NCBI GenBank assembly: GCA_041640595.1
Contig: JBEPZY010000003.1
Coordinates: 412,342 to 476,341 of the forward strand
Length of the DNA: 64,000 nt
Origin: Gemmatales bacterium
GTDB taxonomy: Bacteria; Planctomycetota; Planctomycetia; Gemmatales; HRBIN36
Reading direction: 5' to 3'
The notes beneath the pieces were generated by a model. The model did no database searches. It was not told the origin of the DNA and worked only from the letters and a program-made list of their open reading frames with translations. A program made the position numbers and the translations under genes. Of this stretch, positions 30,638-41,395 are shown piece by piece (position 1 is the first letter of the stretch; each line of letters opens with the position of its first letter).

Positions 30638-31402
30638 ATGCTTCCCGAAACGTGGAAAGCCCAGCGGTATGCGGTGTGGATTATCGTCTGCGTGAAGGTG
30701 GCTCTTGCAGCAACGCTTGCCTTTGCTGAAAAACCCGTCAATCAAAAAACGGCCCGGGAAGCCTTGCGCCCGTTCAACGATCTGATTGGGGCATGGCGAG
30801 CCACTGGCGAACCGGCTACCGGCACGCTTGCGGAAAAACAAAAAGGGTTCTGGAGCGAGAAAATCTCCTGGACCTGGAAATTCAAGGGCGAGGACGCCTG
30901 GCTGGTGATGGAGATTCAGAACGGGAAGCGGTTCCGTGGCGGCGAACTGCGGTATCTGCCCGAAAAGCAGCTGTATCAGCTGACCCTGCTGCCGGTCGGA
31001 GAAGATACTCCCCGGGTGTATCATGGCCAGTACGACGACAAGACGCGGACGCTGGTGTGCGAACGCACCGACCCGCAGCGGAAACAGGATGAACGCGTGA
31101 CCATCAGTCTCGTGGACGACATCCGCTTCGTTTACCGGTTTGATTATCGTCCCAGCGGACGCAAGCTGTACAACCGGGACTTTCTTGTCGGGGCGACGCG
31201 AGAAGGTCAAAGTCTGGCCGTCGAACGCCGCAAGGGGCCGGAATGTGTGGTCAGCGGTGGGCTCGGCACGATCCCCGTCAGTTACAAAGGCCAGACCTAT
31301 TACGTATGCTGCACCGGTTGCCGCAACGCCTTCAACGAGAATCCGGAAAAGTACGTCCAGGAATTTCTGAAGCGCAAAGCGCAGGAACAGAAACCGGAGT
31401 AA
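30638..31402 (+). CDS. Secreted protein with C-terminal YHS domain
   Basis: PECVVSGG...YKGQTYYVCCTGCRNAFNENPEKY. Confidence 0.8.
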   Translation: MLPETWKAQRYAVWIIVCVKVALAATLAFAEKPVNQKTAREALRPFNDLIGAWRATGEPATGTLAEKQKGFWSEKISWTWKFKGEDAWLVMEIQNGKRFRGGELRYLPEKQLYQLTLLPVGEDTPRVYHGQYDDKTRTLVCERTDPQRKQDERVTISLVDDIRFVYRFDYRPSGRKLYNRDFLVGATREGQSLAVERRKGPECVVSGGLGTIPVSYKGQTYYVCCTGCRNAFNENPEKYVQEFLKRKAQEQKPE

Positions 31403-31564
31403 CTTTGCCTGCTCTGCCGGCTGGCTTTGCCGTCGGGCAGGAAAATTTTTACAATGCTCTTGACGCGGCTCGACGATTTTGCTAATGTGCAGTGGGGGAG
31501 GTTGCGGACACCTCCCGGCAAAATCCCGCCTCAAACCATCCTGCCTAAAGAAGGGGGGCCAAGC

Positions 31565-32857
31565 ATGTTGACGATCTATGGCTCTGCACAGCGGTTCTGC
31601 GACGGAATCAGCCGTCGGAATTTCCTCAAGATCGGGGCCTTTGGTGCCGGCCTGACACTCGCGGACCTGCTCCGCTTCCGCGCTCAGGCTGCCGAGACCA
31701 GCAAGGGGAAAGTCTCCCTGCCCAACAAAGCCGCCATCATGATTTACCTGCCCGGCGGCCCATCGCACATGGATACCTACGACCTCAAACCCAACGCACC
31801 GGCCGAATTCCGCGGCGAATTCAAGCCCATCAAGACCAACGTTCCCGGCATCGAAATTTGCGAATACTTCCCGCTCCAGGCCAAAATCATGGACAAGCTG
31901 GCGATTATCCGTTCCATCGTCAGCGTGGATGAGCATTCCGACTCGCTGGTGATGACGGGTTATCCGGAGCGGATTTCGCGGGTGACCAACCATCCGTCGT
32001 TCGGTGCGGTGGTCTCCAAACTCCGCAGCGGTGCCGACAATGCCGTCCCACCGTTCGTCAGTCTCCGCGGCATGTCCCGTGGCACAGAACCGGGCTTCCT
32101 GGGTATCGCACACCGACCATTCACGCCCAGTGGTCCCGGTTTGCAGAACCTGCGGCTGCCGGGCAACGTCTCGATGGAACGCTTCGAAGATCGCCGCGCT
32201 CTGCTGACCAGCTTCGATAGCCTCCGCCGGGAAATTGACGCCAGCGGCACGGCGGAAGGGCTGGACGCCTTCACGCAGAAAGCGATTGACATGGTGCTGT
32301 CCGGCAACGTTCGCCGTGCTCTCGACCTGAGCACCGCCGATGCCGCCACACGCGAACGCTATAAGGGGGTGGAGCAATTCCTGACAGCACTGCGGCTGAT
32401 CGAAGTCGGCGTGGGCTGCGTGACTTTGAGCATCGGTGGCTGGGATACCCACAGCAACAACTTTACCACCCTCAAACGCCAGCTCCCGCAAGTGGACAAG
32501 GGCGTGGCCAACCTGATTCAGGATTTGCACGAGCGCGGGCTGGACAAAGACGTGCTGGTGGTGATGTGGGGCGAATTCGGCCGAACGCCGAAAGTCAATA
32601 ACAACGCTGGCCGCGATCACTGGGCACCGGTCATGTCCGCCCTGGTCGCCGGTGGTGGCATGAAGATGGGCCAGGTCATCGGCTCCAGCACGGAACGCGG
32701 TGAACGACCGAAAGATCGTCCGTGCACCGTCTCCCAGGTTCTGGCGACGCTCTACACCGCGATGGGCATTGACCCGGCCATGACCTTCCTCAACGGGGCG
32801 GGACGTCCTGTTCATCTGCTCGACGATCGCCAGGTGTTGACGGAACTGCTCGGCTAA
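31565..32857 (+). CDS. DUF1501 family protein (Tat signal)
   Basis: SRRNFLKIG, GGPSHMDTYDLKP, GWDTH, GEFGRTP, GRDHW. Confidence 0.93.
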   Translation: MLTIYGSAQRFCDGISRRNFLKIGAFGAGLTLADLLRFRAQAAETSKGKVSLPNKAAIMIYLPGGPSHMDTYDLKPNAPAEFRGEFKPIKTNVPGIEICEYFPLQAKIMDKLAIIRSIVSVDEHSDSLVMTGYPERISRVTNHPSFGAVVSKLRSGADNAVPPFVSLRGMSRGTEPGFLGIAHRPFTPSGPGLQNLRLPGNVSMERFEDRRALLTSFDSLRREIDASGTAEGLDAFTQKAIDMVLSGNVRRALDLSTADAATRERYKGVEQFLTALRLIEVGVGCVTLSIGGWDTHSNNFTTLKRQLPQVDKGVANLIQDLHERGLDKDVLVVMWGEFGRTPKVNNNAGRDHWAPVMSALVAGGGMKMGQVIGSSTERGERPKDRPCTVSQVLATLYTAMGIDPAMTFLNGAGRPVHLLDDRQVLTELLG

Positions 32858-32893
32858 TTTCCCGCATCACACCGACAAAACTTGCCATCCGGT

Positions 32894-32927
32894 CCAGGCG
32901 CGGGAGGCTTGATCCTCCCGCGTCTGG
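32894..32927 (+). terminator. Strong hairpin after the DUF1501 gene
   Basis: CCAGGCGCGGGAGG-CTTGAT-CCTCCCGCGTCTGG; no U-tract. Confidence 0.5.
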
Positions 32928-33092
32928 TGCTGATTACGGCTATTCCAACCAAACGAAGTTTGCCAACCGCTCACCGGGGACGAACGCAACGCTGCGAAAT
33001 CGTGCGGAACTATTACGGGCCGAAGACTCGCCCTTGCCATGAACCTGCCGGCTCTGGTTGAGCCATTTCAAACGATCGAGAGGAGAAACACC

Positions 33093-35621
33093 ATGTGCAA
33101 TATCAGGAGCATACTGGGTTTGGCCCTGGGCTTCTCGCTATATGGTTTGCTGCTGGGACTTCCTGCTGCGGCAGCGGATAGCATCACACCTGGCTATCGC
33201 CCGAAGCCCGAACAGATTAGCAGACTCGAAATCCATCCCCGGGAAGTTCGCCTGCGCGGCTGGCATGATGCCGCGCAACTGGTTGTAACGGCGACGCTGA
33301 CAGATAACCGGTTGCAGGATATGACGGGGGACGTAACCTACACGGTGAGCCAGCCGGACGTTGTCAAGGTTTCTCCCTCCGGCATGGTCACGCCGGTACG
33401 AGACGGAACGGTGGAAATCACCGCAAGTTTTGGCCCTCACCGAGCCACCATCCGCGCCACCGCCGAGAAGGTCAACGAAAATCTCCCGATCAACTTCGGC
33501 AATCAAATCGTGCCGATCTTTACCAAACTCGGCTGCAATTCCGGTGGATGCCACGGCAAAATCAGCGGACAAAACGGATTCCGGTTGTCGCTCATCGGTT
33601 CCGATCCCGAACTGGATTACATGACGCTGCTGAAAGAGAGCCGGGGTCGGCGTATTTTCCTGGCGGCGCCGGAGAAAAGTCTGCTCCTGCTCAAGGCCAC
33701 CGGACAATTGCCGCACGGTGGCGGCAAACGCATGGAGGTTGGCTCGGACGAATACCGCATGATCGTCCGCTGGATCGCTGCGGGAACGCCGTTCGGCGAC
33801 CCCAAAGACCCGGTCGTGGTGCGCATTTCCGTCCACCCGGAACACCGCATCACGACTCGCCATAACCGTCAGCAACTGGCTGTCTATGCTCATTACAGCG
33901 ATGGCAGCGTCGAGGATGTTACCCGTCGGGCTCAGTACGAAACCAACGACGTGGAAATGGCCAGCGTGGATTTCACCGGACTGGTGACCACGATGGGGCA
34001 GGCAGGTGAAGCGGCGATCATGATCCGCTATCAGGGCCATGTCGCCGTGTTCCGTGCCACCATACCGCTGGGTGTTCCGGTGCCGCCGTGGTCGTTTGAA
34101 CCGAAGACCATCGTGGATCGCTACACGGCAGCAAAATGGCGGCAACTGGGCCTGATGCCGTCGGAACCGGCCAGCGACGAAACATTTATCCGCCGCGCCT
34201 ATCTGGACATCACCGGCACCCTGCCATCGGTGGAAGAAGTGCGGGCGTTCGTCGCCGATCCCGATCCGAACAAACGCGACAAGCTCATTGACCGGCTGGT
34301 GGATAGCGAGAACTACGCCTACTACTTCGCGCTGAAATGGGCGGACATTCTCAAGGTGAAGCGGCGCAACAATCCGCAGCGTGCAGCAGGCACCTTCGCT
34401 TTCCATAGCTGGATCAAGGACTCGCTGGCCAGCGATAAGCCTTACGACCAGTTCGTGCGGGAGATTCTGTGTGCGGTGGGCGATGATCGGCAGTGCCCGC
34501 CGGTCTTCTGGTACACGGAGTTGCAAAATCCTGAGCAGTTCGTGGACGACGTGGCCCAGGTCTTCCTCGGCATGCGAATCAACTGCGCTCAGTGCCACCA
34601 TCACCCGTATGAAAAGTGGAGTCAGGACGATTACTGGGGACTGGCGGCCTTCTTTGGCCGGGTTGGTCGCAAACCGGTTTCTCTGCTCGGCGTGCAGGTG
34701 CAGAATCAGAACCAGACCCGCATCGCCGTCTTCAATCGCACAACCGGCAATGTCATCAACAAGCGCACCGGCCAGCCCGCAGTGATGAAACCGCTGGAAG
34801 GGGAGCCGGTTACCATCGCTCCTGGCGAAGACCCGCGGGTCAAGTTGGTCGAATGGATGACCGACCCGAAGAATCCATTTTTCGCCAAGGCGGTGGTGAA
34901 TCGCTACTGGGCTCACTTTTTCGGTCGCGGCATCGTGGATCCGCTCGACGATATGCGCGACACCAATCCGCCCACCAATCCGGAACTGCTCGACGCTCTG
35001 GCCAAAGATTTCATCGAGCACGGCTACAGTCTCAAACACCTGGTGCGCACCATCTGCAAGAGCCGCACCTATCAGCTCAGCTCCGTGCCCAACGAGTTCA
35101 ACAAGCACGACAAACAGTCCTACGCACGCTATTACCCGAAGCGGATGAGCGCGGAAGTGCTGTACGACGCCGTGTCGGTGGTAACCGGCAGCCCGCCGAG
35201 TTTTCCGGGAATGCCTGGCGACCGTTTCGGTGCCGCCCGCGCGATTATGCTGCCCGATGAGGCGTTCCAGAGCTATTTCCTGGACGTGTTCGGTCGGCCG
35301 CAGCGTCTGAGTGCCTGCGAATGCGAACGAGTCAACGAGGCCAACCTGGCGCAGGTGTTGCACCTGCTCAATTCCCAGGAGATTCAGGATAAGCTGAGCC
35401 GACCGGGTGGCCGCGCCGATCGCCTCGCCAGCGATCCCCGACCCGATGCCGAAAAGATCGAGGAACTCTTCCTGCTGGCCCTGGGCCGTCGGCCAACACC
35501 CCAGCAATTGCAGGTCGCGTTGCAGACGATCGAACGTCGTGGCCCACAGAATAAGAAACAGGCCTACGAAGACATCATCTGGGCGCTAATTAACACCAAG
35601 GAATTCCTGTTTATCCAGTGA
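33093..35621 (+). CDS. DUF1549/DUF1553 protein with Ig-like domains
   Basis: AGGAG RBS; CNSGGCHG, FIRRAYLDITGTLP, CAQCHHHPY, VNRYWAHFFGRGIV, KEFLF. Confidence 0.93.
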   Translation: MCNIRSILGLALGFSLYGLLLGLPAAAADSITPGYRPKPEQISRLEIHPREVRLRGWHDAAQLVVTATLTDNRLQDMTGDVTYTVSQPDVVKVSPSGMVTPVRDGTVEITASFGPHRATIRATAEKVNENLPINFGNQIVPIFTKLGCNSGGCHGKISGQNGFRLSLIGSDPELDYMTLLKESRGRRIFLAAPEKSLLLLKATGQLPHGGGKRMEVGSDEYRMIVRWIAAGTPFGDPKDPVVVRISVHPEHRITTRHNRQQLAVYAHYSDGSVEDVTRRAQYETNDVEMASVDFTGLVTTMGQAGEAAIMIRYQGHVAVFRATIPLGVPVPPWSFEPKTIVDRYTAAKWRQLGLMPSEPASDETFIRRAYLDITGTLPSVEEVRAFVADPDPNKRDKLIDRLVDSENYAYYFALKWADILKVKRRNNPQRAAGTFAFHSWIKDSLASDKPYDQFVREILCAVGDDRQCPPVFWYTELQNPEQFVDDVAQVFLGMRINCAQCHHHPYEKWSQDDYWGLAAFFGRVGRKPVSLLGVQVQNQNQTRIAVFNRTTGNVINKRTGQPAVMKPLEGEPVTIAPGEDPRVKLVEWMTDPKNPFFAKAVVNRYWAHFFGRGIVDPLDDMRDTNPPTNPELLDALAKDFIEHGYSLKHLVRTICKSRTYQLSSVPNEFNKHDKQSYARYYPKRMSAEVLYDAVSVVTGSPPSFPGMPGDRFGAARAIMLPDEAFQSYFLDVFGRPQRLSACECERVNEANLAQVLHLLNSQEIQDKLSRPGGRADRLASDPRPDAEKIEELFLLALGRRPTPQQLQVALQTIERRGPQNKKQAYEDIIWALINTKEFLFIQ

Positions 35622-35644
35622 CACCGTGATAGCACAGCTTATTT

Positions 35645-35686
35645 GCCGCCGGGTTCGCGCACTGGCGTGAGCCCGGCGGTTTTGTT
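35645..35686 (+). terminator. Intrinsic terminator
   Basis: GCCGCCGGGTTCGCGC-ACTG-GCGTGAGCCCGGCGGT followed by TTTGTT. Confidence 0.75.
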
Positions 35687-35726
35687 ATGATGGATACACG
35701 CTGCCGGGACGATGGATCGAGGCACC

Positions 35727-38534
35727 ATGAAGCAAAGCACATTGACCCGAGCACGTTGGGCTTTTGCCCTGGTTTTGCTCTTGCTGTCGGGCCGGCCCGC
35801 AGGGGCTTTTATCGAACGCTTGACGCCCCTGGGCGATCTGCTGGAAGACTCGGATTACATCTTCCTTGCTCGAACGGAGTCGGTGAGTGCTGAGAAAAGT
35901 CTGGCCGTCTTTCAGGCGGTCGAGGACTTGAAAGGGCGCACGCCGTGGCGAACGTTGCGGGTGCATTTGACCGGCGACAAGGAAAAACACGTTCCGCATT
36001 TGCTCAAACGCATCGCTCCGCAGGTGCCGGTGGTTTTTTTTCTGACACGAGTGGACAAGCAATGGCTGGGCCTGGGTTACACCGAGGGAACCTGGTTCCA
36101 GATTATCGGCCGACCGGCAAGCGAGACCGTGCACTGGCACTTTACCCACTGCGAGATTTACCTGCGGCGCACCTTCAAGGGCAGCACCAGCGAACTGGTG
36201 CAGATTATCCGCGAAGTGCTGGCGGGCAAACGCAAACCACCGCCACCTAACCCGAAAGAGCCGCCCGGTTTCGGCCCGGAATTGCCGCCGAATAAACCCA
36301 GTGCGGAACACGGCAGGCGGAACTCGTCGGCCTCAGTCGTGCGCGGCGGGGTAATGCACGCCGCCGTTGATGGCGTGAGCCACGATAGGCTGACGCATGC
36401 CGATCCTGATTGCAGGAGCCACGGCGGGCTAACACATGGCGATCCTGATTGCGTGAATCACGGCGGGATGACGCATGCCGATCCTGATTGCAGGAGCCAC
36501 GGCGGGCTGACGCCCGCCGCTCTCGATTGTGGGCACCACGGTGGGCTGACGCCCGCCGCTCTTGATTATGTGAATCACGGTGGGCTGACGCCCGCCGGTC
36601 TTAGCTCGCGTGCGGACACCGTAGGGAAGGGCGATAATGCCCACGCTTATGGTGGGCGACATCCCCTGGCGGTCATTTTGTTACCGCCGCTGGCTGGATT
36701 ACTGGCCCCGCTGGTGTCGCTGTTATTTCCCGGCGTGTTGCTGGCCGTCTGGAGACAGTATCGGTTGCTGGTTTACGTTCTGCTGGTGCAATCCACGCTG
36801 GTTCTGACACAGACGCTGCTGGGCTGGTGGTATCCGTCGGCGTGGTGGCTGGCGCCGCGGTACTGGTGGTGGCCGACGGTGATTCTCTTCGCGGTGGGTT
36901 TTCTGCTCGGTACGATTTCCGCTCGTCGGTACCATGACGGTCGCGCATCTGCCACCGATGCGAGCGGTTCGGTGATGAGCAGCGGCGTGCAGCGTCCGGT
37001 GCGCCTGGAGTGGTGGGCGTTGGCCACGCTGTTGCTGGTCGGGATCGGCTGGGGCGTGTGGGCCTGGCAACGATACGGCTCTGCCTGGGATCAAATGACG
37101 CCGCTGACCGTGGGCAGTGCGGTGGGCCTGCTGCATCTGGCTGCACGCAGGACTCTTAGCTCGAACTTCCCTATCACGCACTGGCGAACCGGACAGGTCA
37201 TCCTTGGGGCGATGCTGCTGTGTGGCCTGGGATTAGTCTGGCTGGAAGAGCGGGAACGCCAAGCTCCTACCCCCGCAGTGCCGACTCAGGTTCCCGCAGC
37301 GGAAGATTGGTTGCAGTATCGTGGCGGGCCGTACCGAACTGGTCGGGTAAGCGATTCGCCCGCACCACAGCGGCCGAAAGTATTGTGGCGTTGCAATCTC
37401 GGCTTCGGACGGGGACGATTTTACGTCCATAGCACGCCCACAGTGCTCGGCGATTGCGCCTATTGCGGAGTGTTGCACGAAATCCAGGGGCAAACCCGCG
37501 GCTACCTGGTGTGTGTCAATATCGCCCCACGCTTGTCCGACACGGGAGAAACTTTGCCGCCCGGCACTGTGCTCTGGCGGTTTGATGCCGAAGGCACGCT
37601 GAAACCGATTTTCGCTTCGGCTACGGTGCGGGCTGGTCGGCTGTATATCGGCGAAGGCTACCATCAGGATCGCGATTGCCGGCTCCTGTGTTTGGAAGCC
37701 GGGAGTGGACGGCTACTGTGGCAATACCCGACACGCAGTCACGTCGAGTCCACACCCGCGCTGGTGGAAACCGGCCAGCATGGTGACGGAGCAAATCCGA
37801 CCGTGGTTGTCGGGGCGGGCGAAGACGGACTGCTGGCCGTGAGCGAAAATCTTTCCGCGAGCGATGTCACAGTCGCCTGGAAAATACCGCACTGGCATGT
37901 GGACGGCAGCCCTCTGGTCGTGGATGGGACGGTGTATTGCGGTTCTCTCCTGGGCGACTCGCCGACAACCCAGACGCCCTTTGTCGGTGCGTTTCAGCTG
38001 AGCGATGGACGAACACTCTGGCGAATCGAGACTCCCCTGCCTGTCAGCGCGTCGCTGGTCTGGGCCGAGGGCAAAATTCTGGTGCCGCTGGGTACGGGCA
38101 AGATCAACGTCGAGTCGGCAACAGAACGGGGCGGCCTTTTGGCTCTCGATGCCGCTACCGGCCGGAGACTCTGGTACTTTCAACAATGCGGCCCGGTGTT
38201 CAGCACGCCAGCGGTGCAGGGGGGCAAAGCGTATTTCGGCTCCAAAGACGGCTGGCTGTTCTGCCTCGATGCTGAGACTGGACAAATTGTCTGGCGGCAA
38301 CAACTCGACGCCGCCGTGATTGCATGCCCCGCCCTGGCTGCGGACGCTGTCGTTGCCGTCTCCGTTCGCGGTACCGTCTATTCGTTCGACGCTGCTACGG
38401 GTCAGTTGCGCTGGCGACTCGACGACCTGGTCTCGGACGCACCTCTTGCGGATGTTTATTCCAGCCCCGTGCTCCATCGCGGACGCATTTATCTCGGCGT
38501 TGGCCGTAAGCTGGTCTGTATCGGCGAAGAATAA
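35727..38534 (+). CDS. Membrane protein with C-terminal PQQ/BamB-like propeller and an in-frame REP insertion
   Basis: Signal peptide, about 6 TM segments, DWLQYRGG, repeated LDA.TG..LW motifs. Confidence 0.85.
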   Translation: MKQSTLTRARWAFALVLLLLSGRPAGAFIERLTPLGDLLEDSDYIFLARTESVSAEKSLAVFQAVEDLKGRTPWRTLRVHLTGDKEKHVPHLLKRIAPQVPVVFFLTRVDKQWLGLGYTEGTWFQIIGRPASETVHWHFTHCEIYLRRTFKGSTSELVQIIREVLAGKRKPPPPNPKEPPGFGPELPPNKPSAEHGRRNSSASVVRGGVMHAAVDGVSHDRLTHADPDCRSHGGLTHGDPDCVNHGGMTHADPDCRSHGGLTPAALDCGHHGGLTPAALDYVNHGGLTPAGLSSRADTVGKGDNAHAYGGRHPLAVILLPPLAGLLAPLVSLLFPGVLLAVWRQYRLLVYVLLVQSTLVLTQTLLGWWYPSAWWLAPRYWWWPTVILFAVGFLLGTISARRYHDGRASATDASGSVMSSGVQRPVRLEWWALATLLLVGIGWGVWAWQRYGSAWDQMTPLTVGSAVGLLHLAARRTLSSNFPITHWRTGQVILGAMLLCGLGLVWLEERERQAPTPAVPTQVPAAEDWLQYRGGPYRTGRVSDSPAPQRPKVLWRCNLGFGRGRFYVHSTPTVLGDCAYCGVLHEIQGQTRGYLVCVNIAPRLSDTGETLPPGTVLWRFDAEGTLKPIFASATVRAGRLYIGEGYHQDRDCRLLCLEAGSGRLLWQYPTRSHVESTPALVETGQHGDGANPTVVVGAGEDGLLAVSENLSASDVTVAWKIPHWHVDGSPLVVDGTVYCGSLLGDSPTTQTPFVGAFQLSDGRTLWRIETPLPVSASLVWAEGKILVPLGTGKINVESATERGGLLALDAATGRRLWYFQQCGPVFSTPAVQGGKAYFGSKDGWLFCLDAETGQIVWRQQLDAAVIACPALAADAVVAVSVRGTVYSFDAATGQLRWRLDDLVSDAPLADVYSSPVLHRGRIYLGVGRKLVCIGEE
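36342..36614 (+). repeat. Seven 39-bp REP-derived tandem units inside a CDS
   Basis: Units start at 36342, 36381, 36420, 36459, 36498, 36537 and 36576; the 36498 unit is CACGGCGGGCTGACGCCCGCCGCTC. Confidence 0.9.
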
Positions 38535-38587
38535 AGCAGACGTATTTCCCGCCGGAATCACGCATCGAGCATGGCATGGCCGGAGCA

Positions 38588-41395
38588 ATGACCGAAGACC
38601 TGCTGGTCTTTGCCGGAGAATCGCTGGCTGATGTCGAATTGGTCGGCGGTAAAGGGGCCAGCTTACTCGAGCTGGCCAGGGCTGGCTTTCCGGTACCGCC
38701 ATTTTTTGTGCTGACCACGAATGCCTGGCGGCAAGCGTGGGCGCTCGAAACTGCTTCGGAAAATACGGCACGCTGGTCCGGCTCGGCTACCGCAGAAACT
38801 CAGCCGCAGGATTTACCCCCGGCTTTACGTGCATTGGTGGCATCGGCGTATGGGCGATTGGGCGGCGGAGCGGTAGCAGTACGGTCGTCGGCGGTGGCGG
38901 AAGATAGCCACGACGCCAGTTTTGCCGGACAGCAGGAAACGATCCTCGGCGTCGAAGGGCTGGAGGCCTTAGTCCAGGCGATTTTGCGTTGCTGGGCGTC
39001 CGCGGCATCGGAGCGTGCTCAGGTTTACCGGTCGGTTCGCCTGACCGAGCCAGGCAGCGTAAACCACCCGGCAGTATCCAGCATCAAGGCATCGCAGAGT
39101 GATCCGGCTGTGCCTGGCTGCGATTCACCGGCTGTGCGTAACTGCGATGTGCTGGCCTCGTCTTTGCCGCCTGGTCATTGGCCCATGGCCGTGGTTGTTC
39201 AGCAGCTCATCGAAGCGGAAGTGGCCGGTGTTCTGTTTACCCGCGATCCGACGGACACCACGGGCGAGCATGTGCTCATCGAAGCTGCCTGGGGTCTCGG
39301 TGAGGGTGTGGTCAGCGGTAAGGTTATGCCCGATCGCTACCGTGTGCGTCGGCAGGATGGTGAGGTAGTGGAGCAGCAAATCGCCGACAAATCCTGCTGT
39401 GTTCGGCGAAACGGTCTGGAAACCGTCCCCGAATCACTGCGGTCACAACCCTGCCTGACTCCCGAACAATTGTCGGAGCTGACACGGCTGGCGTTGCAAG
39501 TGGAACAGTATTACGGCGAGCCCCGCGACATAGAGTGGGCCTTGGCTGCCGGCAGGTTCTGGTTACTGCAAGCCCGCCCCATTACCACTGTTTCCGCGTG
39601 GGAGCGGGAGAGTTACCGCCGGGCGGAAATAACGCGGTTGCGGCAACTGGCCGAGCCTCGCGGTACCGTGTGGGCTCGCTACAATCTGGCCGAATCGCTC
39701 ACCGTTCCCACGCCGATGACCTGGGCGGTGCTGCAGCGGTTTATGAGTGGGCGTGGCGGTTATGGCCAGTTACTGCGCGACGTCGGTTTCGATCCCGATC
39801 CTCGGCTGGATGAGCTGGGCTTTCTCGACCTGGTGGCTGGTCGGCCCTACGTGAACCTCAGTCGGGAGCCCTGGTGTTACTTCCGCCATTTTCCTTTCTG
39901 GTATCCGTTTGCGAGTCTGAAAGCGGAGCCGACGCGGGCACTGTATCCGCGTCCCCAACCCGACTGGTCGCGGCTGGGCTGGCGCTTCTGGCTTTATTTG
40001 CCGTGGACTTTCTGGAAGATGCTGCGGCAAACGCTACGGCTGCACCGTCTGGCCGGTGAGTTGCCGGAGTTGCTGCGACGGGAAATCTATCCGGAGTTTG
40101 CTCGTGCCGCCGAATCGGCTCGCCGCGAATCTCTGCGTGGTTTGTCCGATCGGGCGGTGTGGGAGCGGTTTCGCCACTGGGAAAATGCCACGCTGATCGG
40201 CTTCGCCCGGCAGGCCTTACAACCGACCGTGGTTCTCGGCCAGTTACTCGGTTCGCTGGAACAGATGCTCCGCAAAACGCTCCCCGCCCCGGAAGCCGCC
40301 AACGCGGTACGACAGTTGCTCGTCGGCGTTCGACCCGATGCAGAAGCGGATGTGGCCAGCGGGCTGGAAAAACTCAGGCAAGGAAAGTGGTCGCTGACGG
40401 AATTTGTCCAGCGGTTCGGTCATCGCGGCGAATTGGAGATGGAATTGGCCCAACCACGATGGGAAGAAACTCCCCACACCCTGCTCGCTCGTCTCCAGCC
40501 TGGCGATTCACTTTCCGCAAACGACCAAACCTTCCCGGTGCCCCCCGTTGCCTCAGACACCGCTGGACAACAAAAAGAACTGGCGAATTTCTGCTCCGAC
40601 AATCAGGCCCAGTTCGAACGCAGCTGGCAGAGGCTGGCGGAAAAATTGCGGCAATCAGCTGCCGATCTCGACACGCTCCGACAACTGGTGGAACGTGTCC
40701 GCGAGTTTGCGGCCCTGCGCGAAACCAGCCGGCATTATCTGCTTCTGGGTTACAGTATCCTGCGGCAATGCCTGGTGGAATTGGGACGCCGCTGGCATCT
40801 TGGCGACGGTATCTTCTATCTGACGCCCGAGGAAATCGAACGCCTGATCGGTTTGCCTGTCCGCTCAGCGGACCCCGCTGCGGTGATACCGCAAAATAGT
40901 TTCGCGGTAGGCGACCAGCATATTTCAGCCGCCGATCCGTCCTGGCACCAGGTGCGTCAGGCGATCCGGCAACGCCGACGGGAGCGGCAAATTGCCCTGA
41001 CCCTGGAGGTGCCGACCGTTCTTTTCAGCGATGATCTCGAAGCCCTGGGCCGACCGATTCAGGTCAGCGGAGCGGATACCGTTCAGGGCATCGCCGTTTC
41101 GCCCGGCGTGGGAGAAGGCCCGGCTCTGGTGTTGCGGGAACCGCGTTCGTCTGGCACACAGCAGGGCTACGTCCTGGTGTGCCCATCTACCGATCCGGCG
41201 TGGGTGCCGCTCTTCCTCCAGGCCAGCGCTTTGGTCATGGAAACCGGCGGAGTGCTCTCGCACGGTGCCATTGTCGCCCGCGAGTTCGGGTTGCCCGCCG
41301 TGGTCGGCATTCCGGACGCCTGTCAACGCTTTCGCACCGGTCAACGGCTCCGCGTCAACGGCAACACCGGCGAAGTGCAGCTGCTCGAGGGCTGA
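38588..41395 (+). CDS. PEP-synthase-like phosphotransferase (rifampin phosphotransferase/PigC architecture)
   Basis: N-terminal ATP-grasp VGGKGASL, AVRSSA.AED..ASFAGQ, DIEWA..LQARPIT; C-terminal swivel GGVLSHGAIVARE. Confidence 0.85.
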   Translation: MTEDLLVFAGESLADVELVGGKGASLLELARAGFPVPPFFVLTTNAWRQAWALETASENTARWSGSATAETQPQDLPPALRALVASAYGRLGGGAVAVRSSAVAEDSHDASFAGQQETILGVEGLEALVQAILRCWASAASERAQVYRSVRLTEPGSVNHPAVSSIKASQSDPAVPGCDSPAVRNCDVLASSLPPGHWPMAVVVQQLIEAEVAGVLFTRDPTDTTGEHVLIEAAWGLGEGVVSGKVMPDRYRVRRQDGEVVEQQIADKSCCVRRNGLETVPESLRSQPCLTPEQLSELTRLALQVEQYYGEPRDIEWALAAGRFWLLQARPITTVSAWERESYRRAEITRLRQLAEPRGTVWARYNLAESLTVPTPMTWAVLQRFMSGRGGYGQLLRDVGFDPDPRLDELGFLDLVAGRPYVNLSREPWCYFRHFPFWYPFASLKAEPTRALYPRPQPDWSRLGWRFWLYLPWTFWKMLRQTLRLHRLAGELPELLRREIYPEFARAAESARRESLRGLSDRAVWERFRHWENATLIGFARQALQPTVVLGQLLGSLEQMLRKTLPAPEAANAVRQLLVGVRPDAEADVASGLEKLRQGKWSLTEFVQRFGHRGELEMELAQPRWEETPHTLLARLQPGDSLSANDQTFPVPPVASDTAGQQKELANFCSDNQAQFERSWQRLAEKLRQSAADLDTLRQLVERVREFAALRETSRHYLLLGYSILRQCLVELGRRWHLGDGIFYLTPEEIERLIGLPVRSADPAAVIPQNSFAVGDQHISAADPSWHQVRQAIRQRRRERQIALTLEVPTVLFSDDLEALGRPIQVSGADTVQGIAVSPGVGEGPALVLREPRSSGTQQGYVLVCPSTDPAWVPLFLQASALVMETGGVLSHGAIVAREFGLPAVVGIPDACQRFRTGQRLRVNGNTGEVQLLEG

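Noticed and set aside
30371..35507. Long antisense ORFs of 814 and 789 aa
   Set aside because: Shadows of well-supported plus-strand genes in high-GC DNA
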